Shown piece after piece: positions 1 to 11,579 of a DNA stretch of 64,000 nt. The stretch comes from an uncultured delta proteobacterium (lineage in GTDB: Bacteria; Desulfobacterota; WTBG01). The DNA is taken from NCBI GenBank assembly GCA_963793865.1, contig CAWCBP010000001.1:352001-416000 (forward strand), in the 5' to 3' direction. Positions within the stretch are counted from its first letter, which is position 1. Each line of letters starts with the position of its first letter. The translations under genes and the position numbers were made by a program. The notes under the pieces are model-generated. The model did no database searches, was not told the origin of the DNA, and worked only from the letters and a program-made list of their open reading frames with translations.

Positions 1-818
1 TGGGGGTCGTCCTGGGGGAGCGGTTTGTAGATGATGGTGCTTGCGCTGCCGATCAGGCGGATCACCGTTTTGGCAAATTCCAGGACGGTCATCTCCGCCG
101 GATTTCCTATATTCACCGGATCAGTTTCATCGGACATGAGCAGCCGGTGGATGCCGGAGATTAAATCGGACACGTAGCAGAAGCTGCGGGTCTGCTGGCC
201 GGCGCCGAAAACAGTCAGCGGCTCCCCCTTCAGCGCCTGGCAGATGAAGGCGGGCACCACTCGTCCGTCATGCATTCTCATGCGCGGACCGTAGGTATTG
301 AAGATGCGGACTATTCTGGTTTTCACCCCGTGGAAGCGGTGATAGGCCATGGTCATGGCCTCGGCAAACCGCTTTGCCTCGTCGTAGACGCCGCGGGGGC
401 CGATGGGGCTTACGTTGCCGCAGTAGTCCTCCGGCTGGGGATGCACCAGCGGGTCCCCGTAGACCTCGGAGGTGGAGGCCAGCAGGAAGCGGGCCTGCTT
501 TTCCTTGGCCAGTCCCAGGGCCTTGTGCGTGCCGAGCGATCCCACCTTGAGCGTTTGAATGGGCATCTCCAGATAGTCAATCGGGCTCGCGGGCGAGGCA
601 AAGTGGACGACGTTATCCAGCGGCCCCTTGACGAACATGTAGTCCGTCACGTTGTGCTTGATGAAGTGGAACCGGGGGTTGCCCATGAGATGGGCGATAT
701 TATTGACGCTCCCCGTGCAGAGGTTGTCGATGCAGATCACCTCGTGCCCTTCTTGCACCAGCCTGTCGCACAGGTGGCTGCCCAGAAAACCCGAACCTCC
801 GGTAACCAGCGTTCTCAC
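1..818 (-). CDS. UDP-glucuronate decarboxylase / NAD-dependent epimerase (extended SDR), runs off window start
   Basis: Manual translation from GTG at 818 after an AAGGAGG RBS gives [18 protein letters not shown] (GxxGxxG), [16 protein letters not shown] (YxxxK) and [10 protein letters not shown], typical of UXS/RfbB-like enzymes. Absent from the ORF track because it is truncated. Confidence 0.9.
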   Translation of the reverse strand, partial: MRTLVTGGSGFLGSHLCDRLVQEGHEVICIDNLCTGSVNNIAHLMGNPRFHFIKHNVTDYMFVKGPLDNVVHFASPASPIDYLEMPIQTLKVGSLGTHKALGLAKEKQARFLLASTSEVYGDPLVHPQPEDYCGNVSPIGPRGVYDEAKRFAEAMTMAYHRFHGVKTRIVRIFNTYGPRMRMHDGRVVPAFICQALKGEPLTVFGAGQQTRSFCYVSDLISGIHRLLMSDETDPVNIGNPAEMTVLEFAKTVIRLIGSASTIIYKPLPQDDP

Positions 819-845
819 GCTATCCTCCTTTACGTTAAACGGTTG

Positions 846-2144
846 TCAGCACCCGATGCCGTGATACTCAAACCCCATCTCCTTGAGCTTGCGGGGCGAA
901 TAGATGTTTCTGCCGTCGAAAATGACCGGGGTCCGCATCAGCAGCAGCATTCTTTCAAAATTGGGCCTGCGGAATTCGTTCCATTCGGTCAGCAGCATGA
1001 GCGCGTCGGCGTCCTTGAGAATGGAGTAATTGTCCTTGCCGTACTGGATTGCCGTGCCGAAGGTGTTTCTGGCGCTGGGCATGGCGACGGGATCATAAGC
1101 CCGCACCGTCGCCCCTTTTTTCAGCAGCGCGCTGACAATGGCAATGGACGGCGCTTCCCGCATGTCATCGGTATTGGGCTTGAAGGAGAGCCCCCAGAGG
1201 ACGATGATTTTGCCCTTCAGGTTTCCCTTGAAGCGCTTGAGGGCCTTCTGCGCCAGCACCTCCTTCTGCTTCCGGTTGACCGCTTCCACCGCGGGAAGAA
1301 TCTGCAGCGGCCGGCGGTGCTTTTCCGCCGTCTTGATCATTGCCTGCACGTCCTTGGGGAAGCATGAACCGCCGTACCCGATGCCGGGGAAGAGAAACGA
1401 GGGGCCGATGCGCGGATCGCTGCCGATGCCCGCGCGGACCGCGTTGACGTCGGCGCCGGCCGCTTCGCACAGGTTGGCCATTTCATTCATGAAGGAGATC
1501 CGTGTGGCCAGCATGGCATTGGCGGCGTACTTGGTCATTTCCGCGCTGCGAATGTTCATGATGAGAACGGGATTACCCGTCCTGACAAAGGGGGCATAGA
1601 GCTCGTTGAGCACCTCTTCAACGTGCGCATCCTCCACCCCCAGGATGATCCGGTCGGGCTTCATGAAATCGTCGATGGCCGCGCCTTCCTTTAAGAATTC
1701 GGGGTTGGAAGCGACCGCGAAGGGGTGCCTGGTTTCCCCGGCAATGATCGACCGCACCTCTTCTGCTGTTCCCACCGGCACCGTGCTCTTGGTTACCACG
1801 ATCTTGTAGCCGTTCATGGCCCTGGCTATTTTTCGGGCCACTTCATAGACCTGCGAGAGGTCGGATGACCCGTCATTCCGGGGTGGCGTCCCGACGGCGA
1901 TAAAGATGATCAGGGAATCCTTCACGCTGCGGGCAAGATCGGTTGAGAAAATAAGCCGCTTTTCCTTGATGTTTCTCGCGAGCAGCAGCTCAAGCCCCGG
2001 TTCGTAGATGGGGGTTTTGCCCTTTTTAAGCAGGGCGATCTTCCGCGCGTCGATGTCAACGCAGCGCACCTCATTTCCGCTCTCCGCCAGACAGGTGCCG
2101 GTTACCAGGCCGACATATCCCGCGCCGATCATGCAGATATTCAT
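846..2144 (-). CDS. ugd: UDP-glucose 6-dehydrogenase
   Basis: GAGYVG, KSTVPVGT, NPEFLKEG, GYGGSCFPKD and FKPNTDDMRE motifs. Confidence 0.95.
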   Translation of the reverse strand: MNICMIGAGYVGLVTGTCLAESGNEVRCVDIDARKIALLKKGKTPIYEPGLELLLARNIKEKRLIFSTDLARSVKDSLIIFIAVGTPPRNDGSSDLSQVYEVARKIARAMNGYKIVVTKSTVPVGTAEEVRSIIAGETRHPFAVASNPEFLKEGAAIDDFMKPDRIILGVEDAHVEEVLNELYAPFVRTGNPVLIMNIRSAEMTKYAANAMLATRISFMNEMANLCEAAGADVNAVRAGIGSDPRIGPSFLFPGIGYGGSCFPKDVQAMIKTAEKHRRPLQILPAVEAVNRKQKEVLAQKALKRFKGNLKGKIIVLWGLSFKPNTDDMREAPSIAIVSALLKKGATVRAYDPVAMPSARNTFGTAIQYGKDNYSILKDADALMLLTEWNEFRRPNFERMLLLMRTPVIFDGRNIYSPRKLKEMGFEYHGIGC

Positions 2145-2162
2145 TCGTGCACCTCCCTCACG

Positions 2163-2993
2163 CTATGACAGGTATTGGGTTAACGCTTCCTCCCAGGATC
2201 TCATCTCTCGACCGGTAACCTCCGTGTATTTCCCGGTGGAGAGAACAGAAAACGCAGGCCGTGCCGCGGGCCGGTTAAGCCGGGAGCTGGTGATGGGGAC
2301 GACGGAACTGCTGCCGCCGGTCAGCTGCACGATCCTGCGGGCAAACTGATACCAGGTGCAGGATCCGCTGTTGACCACGTGAAAGGTTCCCCGGGCGGAT
2401 GTCCTCATCAGCGCTCCGATGGCCCTGCTCAGATCAACCGAGTAGGTGGGTGACACCCACTGGTCGTCGACCACGGTGAGCTCGTCACGCTCCTGCGCCA
2501 GCCGCCTGATGGTGTTGACAAAGTTGGCGCCGCCTTTTCCATAGAGGCCGGCGGTGCGCACGATGGTGACGTCATCCAGAATCGCCCGCGCCGCCAATTC
2601 GCCCTGCAGCTTTGACTGACCGTACACGGAAATGGGGTTGACGGGATCGTCTTCCCTGTAGGGAGTCCGGGAAGTTCCGTCAAAGACATAATCCGTGCTG
2701 ACGTGGATGAGCCGGGCCTTCACCGCCTTGCAGGCCCGGGCCAGGTTGGCGGCGCCTTCCCCGTTCACCGCACAGGCCGTCTTTTGATCCTCTTCGCAGC
2801 GGTCCACCTGGGTGTAGGCGGCGGCATTGATCACCCATTCCGGCCGCATCCCGGTGATGGCCTTGAGCGTTTTCTCCCGGTCGGTTATGTCAAAATCCTC
2901 GATATCGGTTCCTTTCACCTGATGGGCGTCGCCCAGAATGGTCACCAGATCAGATCCGAGCATGCCATGAGCGCCGACAATGAGGATTGACAT
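2163..2993 (-). CDS. rfbD: dTDP-4-dehydrorhamnose reductase
   Basis: GAHGMLG, NAAAYTQVD, STDYVFDG, YGQSKL and RP..S.L motifs; start trimmed to MSILIVG. Confidence 0.92.
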   Translation of the reverse strand: MSILIVGAHGMLGSDLVTILGDAHQVKGTDIEDFDITDREKTLKAITGMRPEWVINAAAYTQVDRCEEDQKTACAVNGEGAANLARACKAVKARLIHVSTDYVFDGTSRTPYREDDPVNPISVYGQSKLQGELAARAILDDVTIVRTAGLYGKGGANFVNTIRRLAQERDELTVVDDQWVSPTYSVDLSRAIGALMRTSARGTFHVVNSGSCTWYQFARRIVQLTGGSSSVVPITSSRLNRPAARPAFSVLSTGKYTEVTGREMRSWEEALTQYLS

Positions 2994-3133
2994 ACACTCT
3001 CCCGGGAGCGGTAACACGGGCCTGTTAAATTTTGTTGCGGCGTTACAAGCCCCCTCCCCATGAGCCACATATAAGATAAAGGAATCAATGACGCACTACA
3101 CTAGTAACACTTGCATGTTTAGTCAAGCTCAAT

Positions 3134-3721
3134 TCACTTGTGGCTGAGGGCCTCTACGACGTAATGCAGCACCTCCAGCCTGCCCTGGTGGGTTGTCGCG
3201 GAAAAGAGGATCGCCTCTTCTTTTTTTAGCAGCAGGCTGTCCCGGATAATCCTGTATTGTGCCTGCTGGCTGTTTTTGGAAAGCTTGTCAGCCTTGGTCA
3301 GCACCGCCAGAAAGGGTATGCCCGCCTTCTCCAGCCAGCGCATGAGGGTGGCATCGTCGGAACCGGGGACGCGCCGGGTATCCAGAATTATCACCACCAG
3401 CCTGAGTGACTTCCGGGAGCCGAGGTAGCCTTCGACCATGCCCTTCCATCCGGCCCGCACTTTCAGGGGGACCTCGGCAAAGCCATAGCCGGGAAGATCA
3501 ACGAAGTGGTATTGCCGGTTCACCAGGAAAAAATTGATGGTTTGCGTGCGACCGGGACGGGAGCTGGTTTTTACCAGGTGCTTTTTGTTCAACAGGGTAT
3601 TGATGAGGGATGATTTGCCGACGTTTGATCGGCCGGCAAACGCGACCTCCGGCAGGACATCGGGCGGATACTGCATTTGATTGACGGCACTGGTGACAAA
3701 TTCAGCGGAGGTTATTTTCAT
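3134..3721 (-). CDS. engB: ribosome biogenesis GTP-binding protein YihA/YsxC
   Basis: GRSNVGKSS, DLPGYG and TKADK motifs. Confidence 0.95.
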   Translation of the reverse strand: MKITSAEFVTSAVNQMQYPPDVLPEVAFAGRSNVGKSSLINTLLNKKHLVKTSSRPGRTQTINFFLVNRQYHFVDLPGYGFAEVPLKVRAGWKGMVEGYLGSRKSLRLVVIILDTRRVPGSDDATLMRWLEKAGIPFLAVLTKADKLSKNSQQAQYRIIRDSLLLKKEEAILFSATTHQGRLEVLHYVVEALSHK

Positions 3722-3799
3722 GGAATGGCAGATCTTCGGTGTTCGGTGCCTGGGTAATGTTCCCGGTTCTTCTTTGATGCTTCAATGATCTACACTATT

Positions 3800-3902
3800 G
3801 AACGTCCAACATCGAACGTTCAACGTTCAACATCCAATGAAAAGATTCTTGTTTCGTTCAAGGTTGGATGTTGGAAGTTGAATGTTCAACGTTCATCTTT
3901 TT
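3800..3902. repeat. degenerate heptamer (TTCAACG/TCGAACA-type) palindromic repeat block
   Basis: aacgtccaacatcgaacgttcaacgttcaacatcc ... ggttggatgttggaagttgaatgttcaacgttc; approximate reverse complement of 4895-4983. Confidence 0.8.
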
Positions 3903-3969
3903 CAACAATGAACTGCTTGCGGGCTTAACAATTGCCCGGCACTGTCCAATGCTTTTCGGATGCCCCCGG

Positions 3970-4836
3970 CTAAAGCTTGAGCTCTCTTCGCACCAGTTCC
4001 CTGTAGGCATCCATGAGATTTCCGGTGACCCGGCCGGGAGTACCGGTTCCAATGGCGCGATCGTCCACTTTTACCAGCGGCATGATTTCGATAAGGGAAT
4101 TGGTGACAAAGGCTTCATCGGCGGAAAGGAGCAGCTCCGGGGTATATGTCCCTTCTGCCGGCTGCAATTGCAGGATCGGGGCGAGCTCAAGAACCGCCTC
4201 CCGGGTGACGCCGGGGAGCAGACCCGTATCCCGCGACGGGGTTTCCAGCCGGCTGCCGCGCACCATGAAAATGTTGGACACGGTGCATTCGGTGATGCAT
4301 CCGTCGGTGTTAAGCACGATGCCTTCGTTGCAGCCCGCTTCCCTGGCCTCGCTTTTGGCAATCAGCGTGTTGATGAAGCTGCAGGTCTTCATGGAGACGG
4401 ATGGCAGCCGCGGGCCCTGCCTCATGCGCACAATCAGGGCGCTGTAGCCCGTGCGGTACAGCTCAGGGGAGGGGGGCCGGTAGTCTCTGGTGGTAATGAT
4501 GACGGTGGGAGATCCGCATGTGGCCGGATCCGGTACCGGGTCGCCTGTGCCGCGGGTAACAGTCAGCCGGATGGAGGCATCAGGGGTGCGGTTGGCCTCG
4601 AGGGTTTCATAGATGGCTGTTTCCAGGGAAGCGGGGGTGAAAGAAACGGGATATTCGAGGCATTCGAGTGACACGAAAAGCCGCCAGAGATGCTGCGCCA
4701 GCCTGAAAATCTTTCCCCGGTACGCGCGCATGGTTTCAAACAAACCGTTGCCGTACAGCAACCCGTGATCAAAGACGGAGACGCGCGCTTGATCGCGGGG
4801 CATCAATGTGCCGTTGATGTGGACGTATTGTTCCAC
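3970..4836 (-). CDS. class IV PLP aminotransferase (aminodeoxychorismate lyase / branched-chain aminotransferase family)
   Basis: DHGLLYGNGLFET, LPGVTR and EAFVTNS motifs; directly downstream of pabB, so PabC-like function is likely. Confidence 0.85.
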   Translation of the reverse strand: MEQYVHINGTLMPRDQARVSVFDHGLLYGNGLFETMRAYRGKIFRLAQHLWRLFVSLECLEYPVSFTPASLETAIYETLEANRTPDASIRLTVTRGTGDPVPDPATCGSPTVIITTRDYRPPSPELYRTGYSALIVRMRQGPRLPSVSMKTCSFINTLIAKSEAREAGCNEGIVLNTDGCITECTVSNIFMVRGSRLETPSRDTGLLPGVTREAVLELAPILQLQPAEGTYTPELLLSADEAFVTNSLIEIMPLVKVDDRAIGTGTPGRVTGNLMDAYRELVRRELKL

Positions 4837-4894
4837 CGCCGGTTATCCAATATAAAGGTTGTTTTCAGTGGTGCAGGCGAAGCATGCTTATTTA

Positions 4895-5018
4895 CAAAGA
4901 TGAACATCGAACATTCAACTTCGAACCAAGGGAAAGAATCTTTTCATTCAACGTTGAACGTTGGACGTTCGATGTTGGACGTTTGCATTCTGATTCCTGC
5001 ATTCCGACTCCTGGCTCC
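4895..5018. repeat. heptamer repeat block (inverted partner of 3800-3902) plus a CTCCTG-type heptamer run
   Basis: aaagatgaacatcgaacattcaac...aagaatcttttcattcaacgttgaacgttggacgttcgatgttggacgtt, then ttctgattcctgcattccgactcctggctcct. Confidence 0.75.
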
Positions 5019-5125
5019 TATTGAACATATCCACTTCCAACCGCCAAAAGTGCCCGTATAGTATAGAGCGTGCACTCATAAATCAATACAAAAAAGACCA
5101 AGCCGCGGGCATCTTGCGGGATTGA

Positions 5126-6577
5126 CTAACCGCCGGCGGCGGCGGACGGCAATCCGTTTGCGCACCCCAGCGCGGCAAGCAGCGCCTTTCCCTTGTGCAG
5201 TGTCTCTTCATATTCCAGCGCGGGATCCGAATCCGCCACGATGCCCCCGCCCACCTGGAATTGCACGGTGCCGTTGCGATAGAGCATGGTGCGGATGAGG
5301 ATGTTAAGGTCCGTCTGCCGGTTGAAGCCCAGGTATCCCATGGAGCCGGTGTAAATGCCGCGCCGGTCCGGCTCAAGCTCGTCAATGATCTCCATGGCCC
5401 TGATTTTTGGCGCCCCGGTTATGGATCCCCCGGGGAATGCGGCCCTGATGCAATCAAGATGGTCCTGGTCCGCCTTGAGCCTGCCGGTAATGGTGGATAC
5501 CAGGTGGAGGACGGTGGCGTAGCTTTCCAGGGTGATCAGCTCCGGGACGCTGATTGACCCGTATTCGCAGACGCGCCCCAGGTCGTTTCGCTCCAGATCA
5601 ACGATCATCACCAGCTCCGCCCGGTCTTTCGCGCTTGCAAGGAGTTCCGCCTTGAGCCGTTCATCCGCCGCCCTGTCCCTTCCCCTCGGCCGGGTCCCCT
5701 TAATCGGCCTGGTCTCAACCCGTCTGTCCGATATGCGCAGGAAGCGCTCCGGCGAAGAGCTGATAATGGCCGCGTCGCCGCAGTCTAAAAATGAAGCGAA
5801 CGGTGCCGGGTTTAAACGGCGCACCGTTTTGTAGAGCTGGAAGGGGGAGGCGTCCACCCGCGCTGAAAATTTCTGGGAGAGGTTTACCTGGTAGATGTCC
5901 CCGGCCGCGATGTATTCCTTTGCCTTCAGGATGCCCCTGAGATAATCCTCGCGCTTGAAGTTGCAGGTTAGCTCAGGAGAGGTCTGCTGTAATATATCCG
6001 GTTCGGGTGAAAGCGGCGCGGCACCGGCATTGAGCTTGCGGCACAGCTCATCGTAGCGCATTGTAGCGCGAAGCCGCCTGTAATGTTCCCTTTCTTCAGG
6101 AAGGCCGGTTGAAGAAATAAAAACCCGATCCTGAAGATGGTCAAAGATGATGATCGTGTCATAGAAGGCGAGGAAGCAGAGGGGGGTATCGTCTTCACCG
6201 GCCGGGGGCGGGGGCAGTTTCTCGATGAAGTGCTTCAGATCATAGGCGAAGTATCCGACCGCGCCTCCCACAAAAGGGGGGTAATCGGCGGGTGTGATTA
6301 GGCGGAATGCGGAGAAGAGGACCTTGAGGACGTCGAAGGGGTTGCCGGGAACTGCCTCCGTGCCATCTTCTCCGGTGATCTCGTTTCGCCCCCCGAGGTG
6401 GCGGAAAACAAGAAAGGGATCGCTGCCCAGGAAGGAATACCTCCCTAACCGCCGGCAATAGCCGCCGCTGTCGAGGAAGAAGGGGTGTCGGTCGTGGCGG
6501 AGCAGCTCGCACACCTCTATGGGCTTGAGTGTGGTGGTAATCGGCTGCAGCAGTGGAATGGCTTTATAGCGGGTCAT
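5126..6577 (-). CDS. pabB: aminodeoxychorismate synthase component I
   Basis: GDIYQVNLS, SSPERF, PIKGTRPR, MIVDLERNDLG and FPGGSITGAPKIRAMEII motifs; start trimmed to MTRYK. Confidence 0.92.
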   Translation of the reverse strand: MTRYKAIPLLQPITTTLKPIEVCELLRHDRHPFFLDSGGYCRRLGRYSFLGSDPFLVFRHLGGRNEITGEDGTEAVPGNPFDVLKVLFSAFRLITPADYPPFVGGAVGYFAYDLKHFIEKLPPPPAGEDDTPLCFLAFYDTIIIFDHLQDRVFISSTGLPEEREHYRRLRATMRYDELCRKLNAGAAPLSPEPDILQQTSPELTCNFKREDYLRGILKAKEYIAAGDIYQVNLSQKFSARVDASPFQLYKTVRRLNPAPFASFLDCGDAAIISSSPERFLRISDRRVETRPIKGTRPRGRDRAADERLKAELLASAKDRAELVMIVDLERNDLGRVCEYGSISVPELITLESYATVLHLVSTITGRLKADQDHLDCIRAAFPGGSITGAPKIRAMEIIDELEPDRRGIYTGSMGYLGFNRQTDLNILIRTMLYRNGTVQFQVGGGIVADSDPALEYEETLHKGKALLAALGCANGLPSAAAGG

Positions 6578-6670
6578 GGTTCCGCCCCAGGATGCACGAT
6601 GCACGATGAAGATTTCCTGCCACTGACAACTGGTCAATGGACATCGGCAGCTAATAATAAAAATGCTGAG

Positions 6671-6926
6671 TTGTAGCCTGAGTCGTAGCTGCAAGTTTTA
6701 GCTTGCGTGTTTGGATTTATGCATTTCCGCAGGCTGAAACCTGCGACTACTGACATTTTGATGTTCTAGACTGGTAGGGGCAGGCCCCTGTGCCTGCCGC
6801 GGATATCATAGGGCAACCACAGAGGGTTGCCCCTACAACTTCCTGGCTTTCGTGCTTCTGGTTTTGGAACTCTTCTTTACCCCTGCATCATGCATCCAGC
6901 TTTTACACTGCACCCTGACCCCTGCA
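6671..6926 (-). repeat. composite REP-like intergenic element (GTAG REP doublet at 6774-6836 plus other modules), oriented with the minus-strand operon
   Basis: GTAGGGGCAGGCCCCTGTGCCTGCC...GGGCAACCACAGAGGGTTGCCCCTAC, whose reverse complement matches 54986-55047; also cgcaggctgaaacctgcgactac. Confidence 0.85.
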
Positions 6927-6928
6927 AC

Positions 6929-7747
6929 TTATTCCCTCAGCGCAAGTGACACATCCCCGCAGACGAAACGGCACTTACTGCCGTTCAGATCGCGCATAAT
7001 GAGCGTACCGTCATCGTCGACCGACTCGGCAATCCCCTCATATACTTTCTCTCCCGTCGCGATGGTAATCTGCCTGCCTGCAATGAGGGAAAGCGCATCC
7101 CACATGGTTTTTAACGCCCGAAACTCCCCGCCATTGAGCCTCCCGTAAAATTGTTCGAGAAACTCCAGAATTGCGGCGAGCAATGGCAGCCGGGCCAGGG
7201 CGCGCCCCGCTTCCCGTTTCAGCGAAGTTGCTGTTTCCCGAAGCTCGGGATGCAGTGAGGGATCACTGTTGACATTAATGCCGATGCCGGCCACCGCGTA
7301 GGCTAATTGATCGCCGCAAATGCCCAGCTCGGTCAGGATGCCGGATGCTTTTTTATCATTGATGTAAATGTCGTTGGGCCATTTGATGCGCGCGTCCAAA
7401 CCCGTTTCCCGTCTGATGGCGTGAGCGACGGCCAGGGAAGCCGCCGCGGTTACCTGAAATGCCCGGTCGGGGCTTAAAGAAGGTCTCAGGATGAGTGAAA
7501 AGAGCAGGTCTTCACCCGGCGGCGAGATCCACGCCCGTTCCAGGCGTCCCCGTCCCCGCGTCTGGTGGTCGGTTATTACCACTGTGCCGTCCCGCGCTCC
7601 CGCGCGGGCCAGCTCATGCGCGATGGTGTTGGTGGAGGTTGTTGACGGCAGGTGGATTGCCGGATGACCAAGGACGGCCGTCCGCAACTCCCTTTGGATG
7701 AGCTCTGCGGTGATGAGGTCCGACGATGCCTGTTGCACTGTGGTCAT
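6929..7747 (-). CDS. birA: biotin--[acetyl-CoA-carboxylase] ligase (no N-terminal HTH)
   Basis: STN, QTRGRGR, KWPND and GIGIN motifs. Confidence 0.93.
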   Translation of the reverse strand: MTTVQQASSDLITAELIQRELRTAVLGHPAIHLPSTTSTNTIAHELARAGARDGTVVITDHQTRGRGRLERAWISPPGEDLLFSLILRPSLSPDRAFQVTAAASLAVAHAIRRETGLDARIKWPNDIYINDKKASGILTELGICGDQLAYAVAGIGINVNSDPSLHPELRETATSLKREAGRALARLPLLAAILEFLEQFYGRLNGGEFRALKTMWDALSLIAGRQITIATGEKVYEGIAESVDDDGTLIMRDLNGSKCRFVCGDVSLALRE

Positions 7748-8436
7748 GGGGATGGAGTGCCTCTCTCACCGCTGCACGCCTTGACGCAGACGCCGCAGAT
7801 ATGCTGCGCGATGTGGTCTCTTTTTCTGAACAGACACAATTGCTGGTAGCAGGCAAGATGGTCGAAATCCTCCCGGCGCTCCTTGATTGCGCCGGCGGGA
7901 CAGAGGGTGAGGCACCTCCTGCAGGATCCGCATCCCCCGTTGACGGGATGATCATGCTGCAGGGGCAGCGTGGTAAGAATGGTCACCAGGCGTATGCGCG
8001 CGCCATGGACGGGGTTCACCAGCAGGTTGTTTCTGCCGATCCAGCCGAGGCCTGCTTCGACGGCCGCCCGCTTGTGCGACAGATGTCCCCGCTGGCGCTC
8101 CCAGTCGACAATCTGTGAGGCAGGCACGGGAAGCGCGCTGTACCCGCGCCCCTCAATCTGACGCGCTAATCCGAAGGCGAGGCGATCGAGAAAGAAGTTT
8201 GCCTGGCGGTAGTGATGCAGGTAGAGCTCGGTCGGCCTGTCGTCAATCTCTTCCAGCACGGCAGCCGACAGGCGCACCGCGAGCGCGATGGCCGAGCCAA
8301 AGGTGGACACCAGGGAGGGGGAAAGGCGATGGGTCTCATGTCTGAAAGGCGTGATGTCCGCCGCGCCGAAGAGGGAAGCCCCCTGTGAGAACGCCCATTC
8401 CTTGAGGGTGAGATAATTCTTTTCTTTATCGCTCAT
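7744..8436 (-). CDS. epoxyqueuosine reductase-like (QueG-related) 4Fe-4S protein
   Basis: HKRAAVEAGLGWIGRNNLL, CGSCRRCLTLCP and CGVCVKAC motifs; short form lacking the QueG C-terminus. Confidence 0.7.
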   Translation of the reverse strand: MSDKEKNYLTLKEWAFSQGASLFGAADITPFRHETHRLSPSLVSTFGSAIALAVRLSAAVLEEIDDRPTELYLHHYRQANFFLDRLAFGLARQIEGRGYSALPVPASQIVDWERQRGHLSHKRAAVEAGLGWIGRNNLLVNPVHGARIRLVTILTTLPLQHDHPVNGGCGSCRRCLTLCPAGAIKERREDFDHLACYQQLCLFRKRDHIAQHICGVCVKACSGERGTPSP

Positions 8437-8439
8437 GGC

Positions 8440-10314
<1,875 letters not shown>

Positions 10315-10472
10315 TGCTGTCGGTTATTCTATTAATAAATCGGGTTGCTTGTGCATGCAGTATATCACGCAGCTGAAGGGGGAAGATATCACAAATGAAG
10401 AAAATTATCAGTACTTAATTGCGGCCGGCGGCTATGGTGGGGGAGGTTAAAACACGTTAATTTTGAATTGAT

Positions 10473-10501
10473 TTGACAAATACAGATGATGAGTCTACAT
10501 T
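10473..10501 (+). promoter_or_regulatory. putative sigma70 promoter for psiE-like gene and mscL
   Basis: TTGACA-N17-TACATT. Confidence 0.5.
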
Positions 10502-10557
10502 GAAACACATGACACGTGTGTAAACAAGATTTCCTGTCAGAGATGGAAGTGACGGAT

Positions 10558-11001
10558 ATGTTTTCTTTGTTGAAGCGGTATGAAAAATTCACGGTGTCCG
10601 TCCTCATGATCATGATGGCGGTTGTTTTAGGCCTGGCAACGCTCGATCTCGGCTGGCTGATTGTGAAGGATGTGATAACCACCCCCTATCTTCTGCTTGA
10701 TATCAGCGAACTGCTTGACATATTCGGTCTTTTCATGCTGGTGCTCATCGGCATTGAGCTTCTTGAAACCATCATGAAAACATATTTGATGGACGGCACA
10801 CCACATTTTGAAGTCGTGCTCTCCGTGGCCATCATCGCCATAGCGCGAAAAGTCATCATTCTGGACGTCAAGGAGGTGGAGAGCTTAAGCCTGTTCGGCA
10901 TAGCCGCCATAGTCATCGCCTTGACCGCGGGTTACTATCTTATGAAAAGAAGCCAGGTGCCGGAAGGCAAGGCTTCTGAGATGCAGAAACAGGTCGGTTA
11001 G
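10558..11001 (+). CDS. phosphate-starvation-inducible PsiE family membrane protein
   Basis: Four hydrophobic segments; LVLIGIELLETI and AIIAIARKVIILD motifs. Confidence 0.85.
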   Translation: MFSLLKRYEKFTVSVLMIMMAVVLGLATLDLGWLIVKDVITTPYLLLDISELLDIFGLFMLVLIGIELLETIMKTYLMDGTPHFEVVLSVAIIAIARKVIILDVKEVESLSLFGIAAIVIALTAGYYLMKRSQVPEGKASEMQKQVG

Positions 11002-11030
11002 CCGTAACTTTTTTGTGAAAGGAGGGCACG

Positions 11031-11495
11031 ATGAGCATGATGAAGGAGTTCAAGGATTTCGCCATGAAGGGCAATGTTGTGGATATGGCCGTGGGCATCG
11101 TCATCGGCGGAGCATTTGGAACGATTATCAAGAGCCTGGTTGATGACGTCCTGATGCCGCCCATCGGGATGCTCCTCGGCGGTGTGGATTTCTCCAATAT
11201 ATTTGTTTTGCTTAAGGAGGGCGCCAAGGCGGCTGCTCCCTATGCCGGCCTGGCTGATGCGAAAACCGCCGGCGCGGTTACCATCAACTTCGGGCTGTTT
11301 TTTAATGCGGTTATCAGTTTTCTTATTGTTGCCTTTGCCATTTTCCTGCTCATTCGCGGCATGAACGCCATGCGGCGGCAGCAGGAGGCGCCCCCGGCGG
11401 CGCCAACCACCAGGGAGTGCCCCTTTTGCTTTTCAGCCATAGCCATCAAGGCCAGCCGCTGTCCCCAGTGCACCTCGGAAATCAAGGCCGCATAG
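11031..11495 (+). CDS. mscL: large-conductance mechanosensitive channel with C-terminal CxxC..CxxC tail
   Basis: EFKDFAMKGNVVDMAVGIVIGGAF; C-terminus CPFC...CPQC. Confidence 0.95.
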   Translation: MSMMKEFKDFAMKGNVVDMAVGIVIGGAFGTIIKSLVDDVLMPPIGMLLGGVDFSNIFVLLKEGAKAAAPYAGLADAKTAGAVTINFGLFFNAVISFLIVAFAIFLLIRGMNAMRRQQEAPPAAPTTRECPFCFSAIAIKASRCPQCTSEIKAA

Positions 11496-11579
11496 GATGA
11501 CCGGATGCCTGAGCACTTCAAACGGATGGGTGCGGCAGCAATGCTGCGCCCTTTTTTCATTCATATATAACCCGTAGCC

